From Lama guanicoe (lineage: Eukaryota): 64,000 bases of DNA. The stretch lies in contig MU054220.1 of assembly GCA_013239625.1 (NCBI GenBank), forward strand, positions 4,771,328 to 4,835,327, written 5' to 3'. Positions 63,389 through 64,000 of this stretch are shown in pieces. A model generated the notes under the pieces. The model saw nothing but the letters and a program-made list of their open reading frames with translations, was not told the DNA's origin and did no database searches. Position 1 is the stretch's first letter; each line of letters opens with the position of its first letter. The position numbers and the translations under genes were made by a program.

Positions 63389-64000
63389 AAGGAAGAGGCT
63401 ATGAGAAAACTGAGTGTTCCTCTCTCCCCCTAACCCGGCACTTACAGACTTTGGTAAAGACATTGATCAGTGGATGCTTCCAGCCAGCCAGGCACCTGCA
63501 AATAACTATCCCAGCTTGCAAGGGCTCCCATACACCCTTCATCACAAATGCATTCATTCACAGAAACTTACAGTCATTCATGCACCTGCACACAACAACA
63601 TTCATTCATATTTTAGCCATAACTGCAGCCACACATTTGCCTGCAAAGGCGGAGCAAGTGTGCACAGCAGGAACATGCCTTTAGAAGGCTGCATCCTACC
63701 CCTCCCCTCTTACACACACACATTCAGTGTTGGCCCTGCTTCCTTCCCTGGGAACAACACATTTCTGCCATTCAGACAGTTGAATCCCCAGCCTGTATAA
63801 AGACCTACTGGCCTCGCCCATGATTAGGTCATGGACAAGATGCCCAACTGCTGGCAGAGCTGCAAATGCCTAGGTGGATGAGGGGGGCCAGTTCTTTCCC
63901 TGGCTTGGTTTTCCTTCCTTGGCAGCCCGGTGAACAAAGAGAGGGCCAAGGGAGGGGCTTGCAATGTGGCCCAAGACTACAGTGCCCCACTTGGCCCGTT

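Noticed and set aside
63274..63684. ORF with a poly-alanine run
   Set aside because: The poly-Ala is just the trinucleotide repeat; non-ATG start and no domain.

Overview
Mammalian genomic DNA, most likely camelid (camel/alpaca-type tRNA-derived SINE and young L1 3' ends). No protein-coding gene is supported. The two clear genes are microRNA hairpins on the minus strand, recognised from their mature sequences: mir-129-2 (36277-36366, in a CpG island) and mir-670 (57951-58048), about 21.6 kb apart. This matches the MIR670/MIR129-2 locus, which in human lies upstream of HSD17B12 (recalled, not visible here). The left ~31 kb is AT-rich and repeat-rich: old and young L1, MIR, L2, MLT1, Tigger, one N gap and a near-perfect 208-bp local duplication. 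The 33.7-44 kb and 59.6-62 kb regions are CpG/GC-rich and look regulatory. They carry many motifs for neuronal activity-dependent factors (NPAS4-type TCGTGAC x5, MEF2 x7, full CRE x2, EGR), a wide-spacer REST/RE1 site, an inverted CCAAT pair and CTCF sites. Candidate first exons can be proposed for both miRNA host transcripts. I see no evidence of a wholly new biological system; the most interesting signal is the inferred regulatory grammar around this miRNA pair. Repeat subfamily names and human comparisons are from memory, not from a search.
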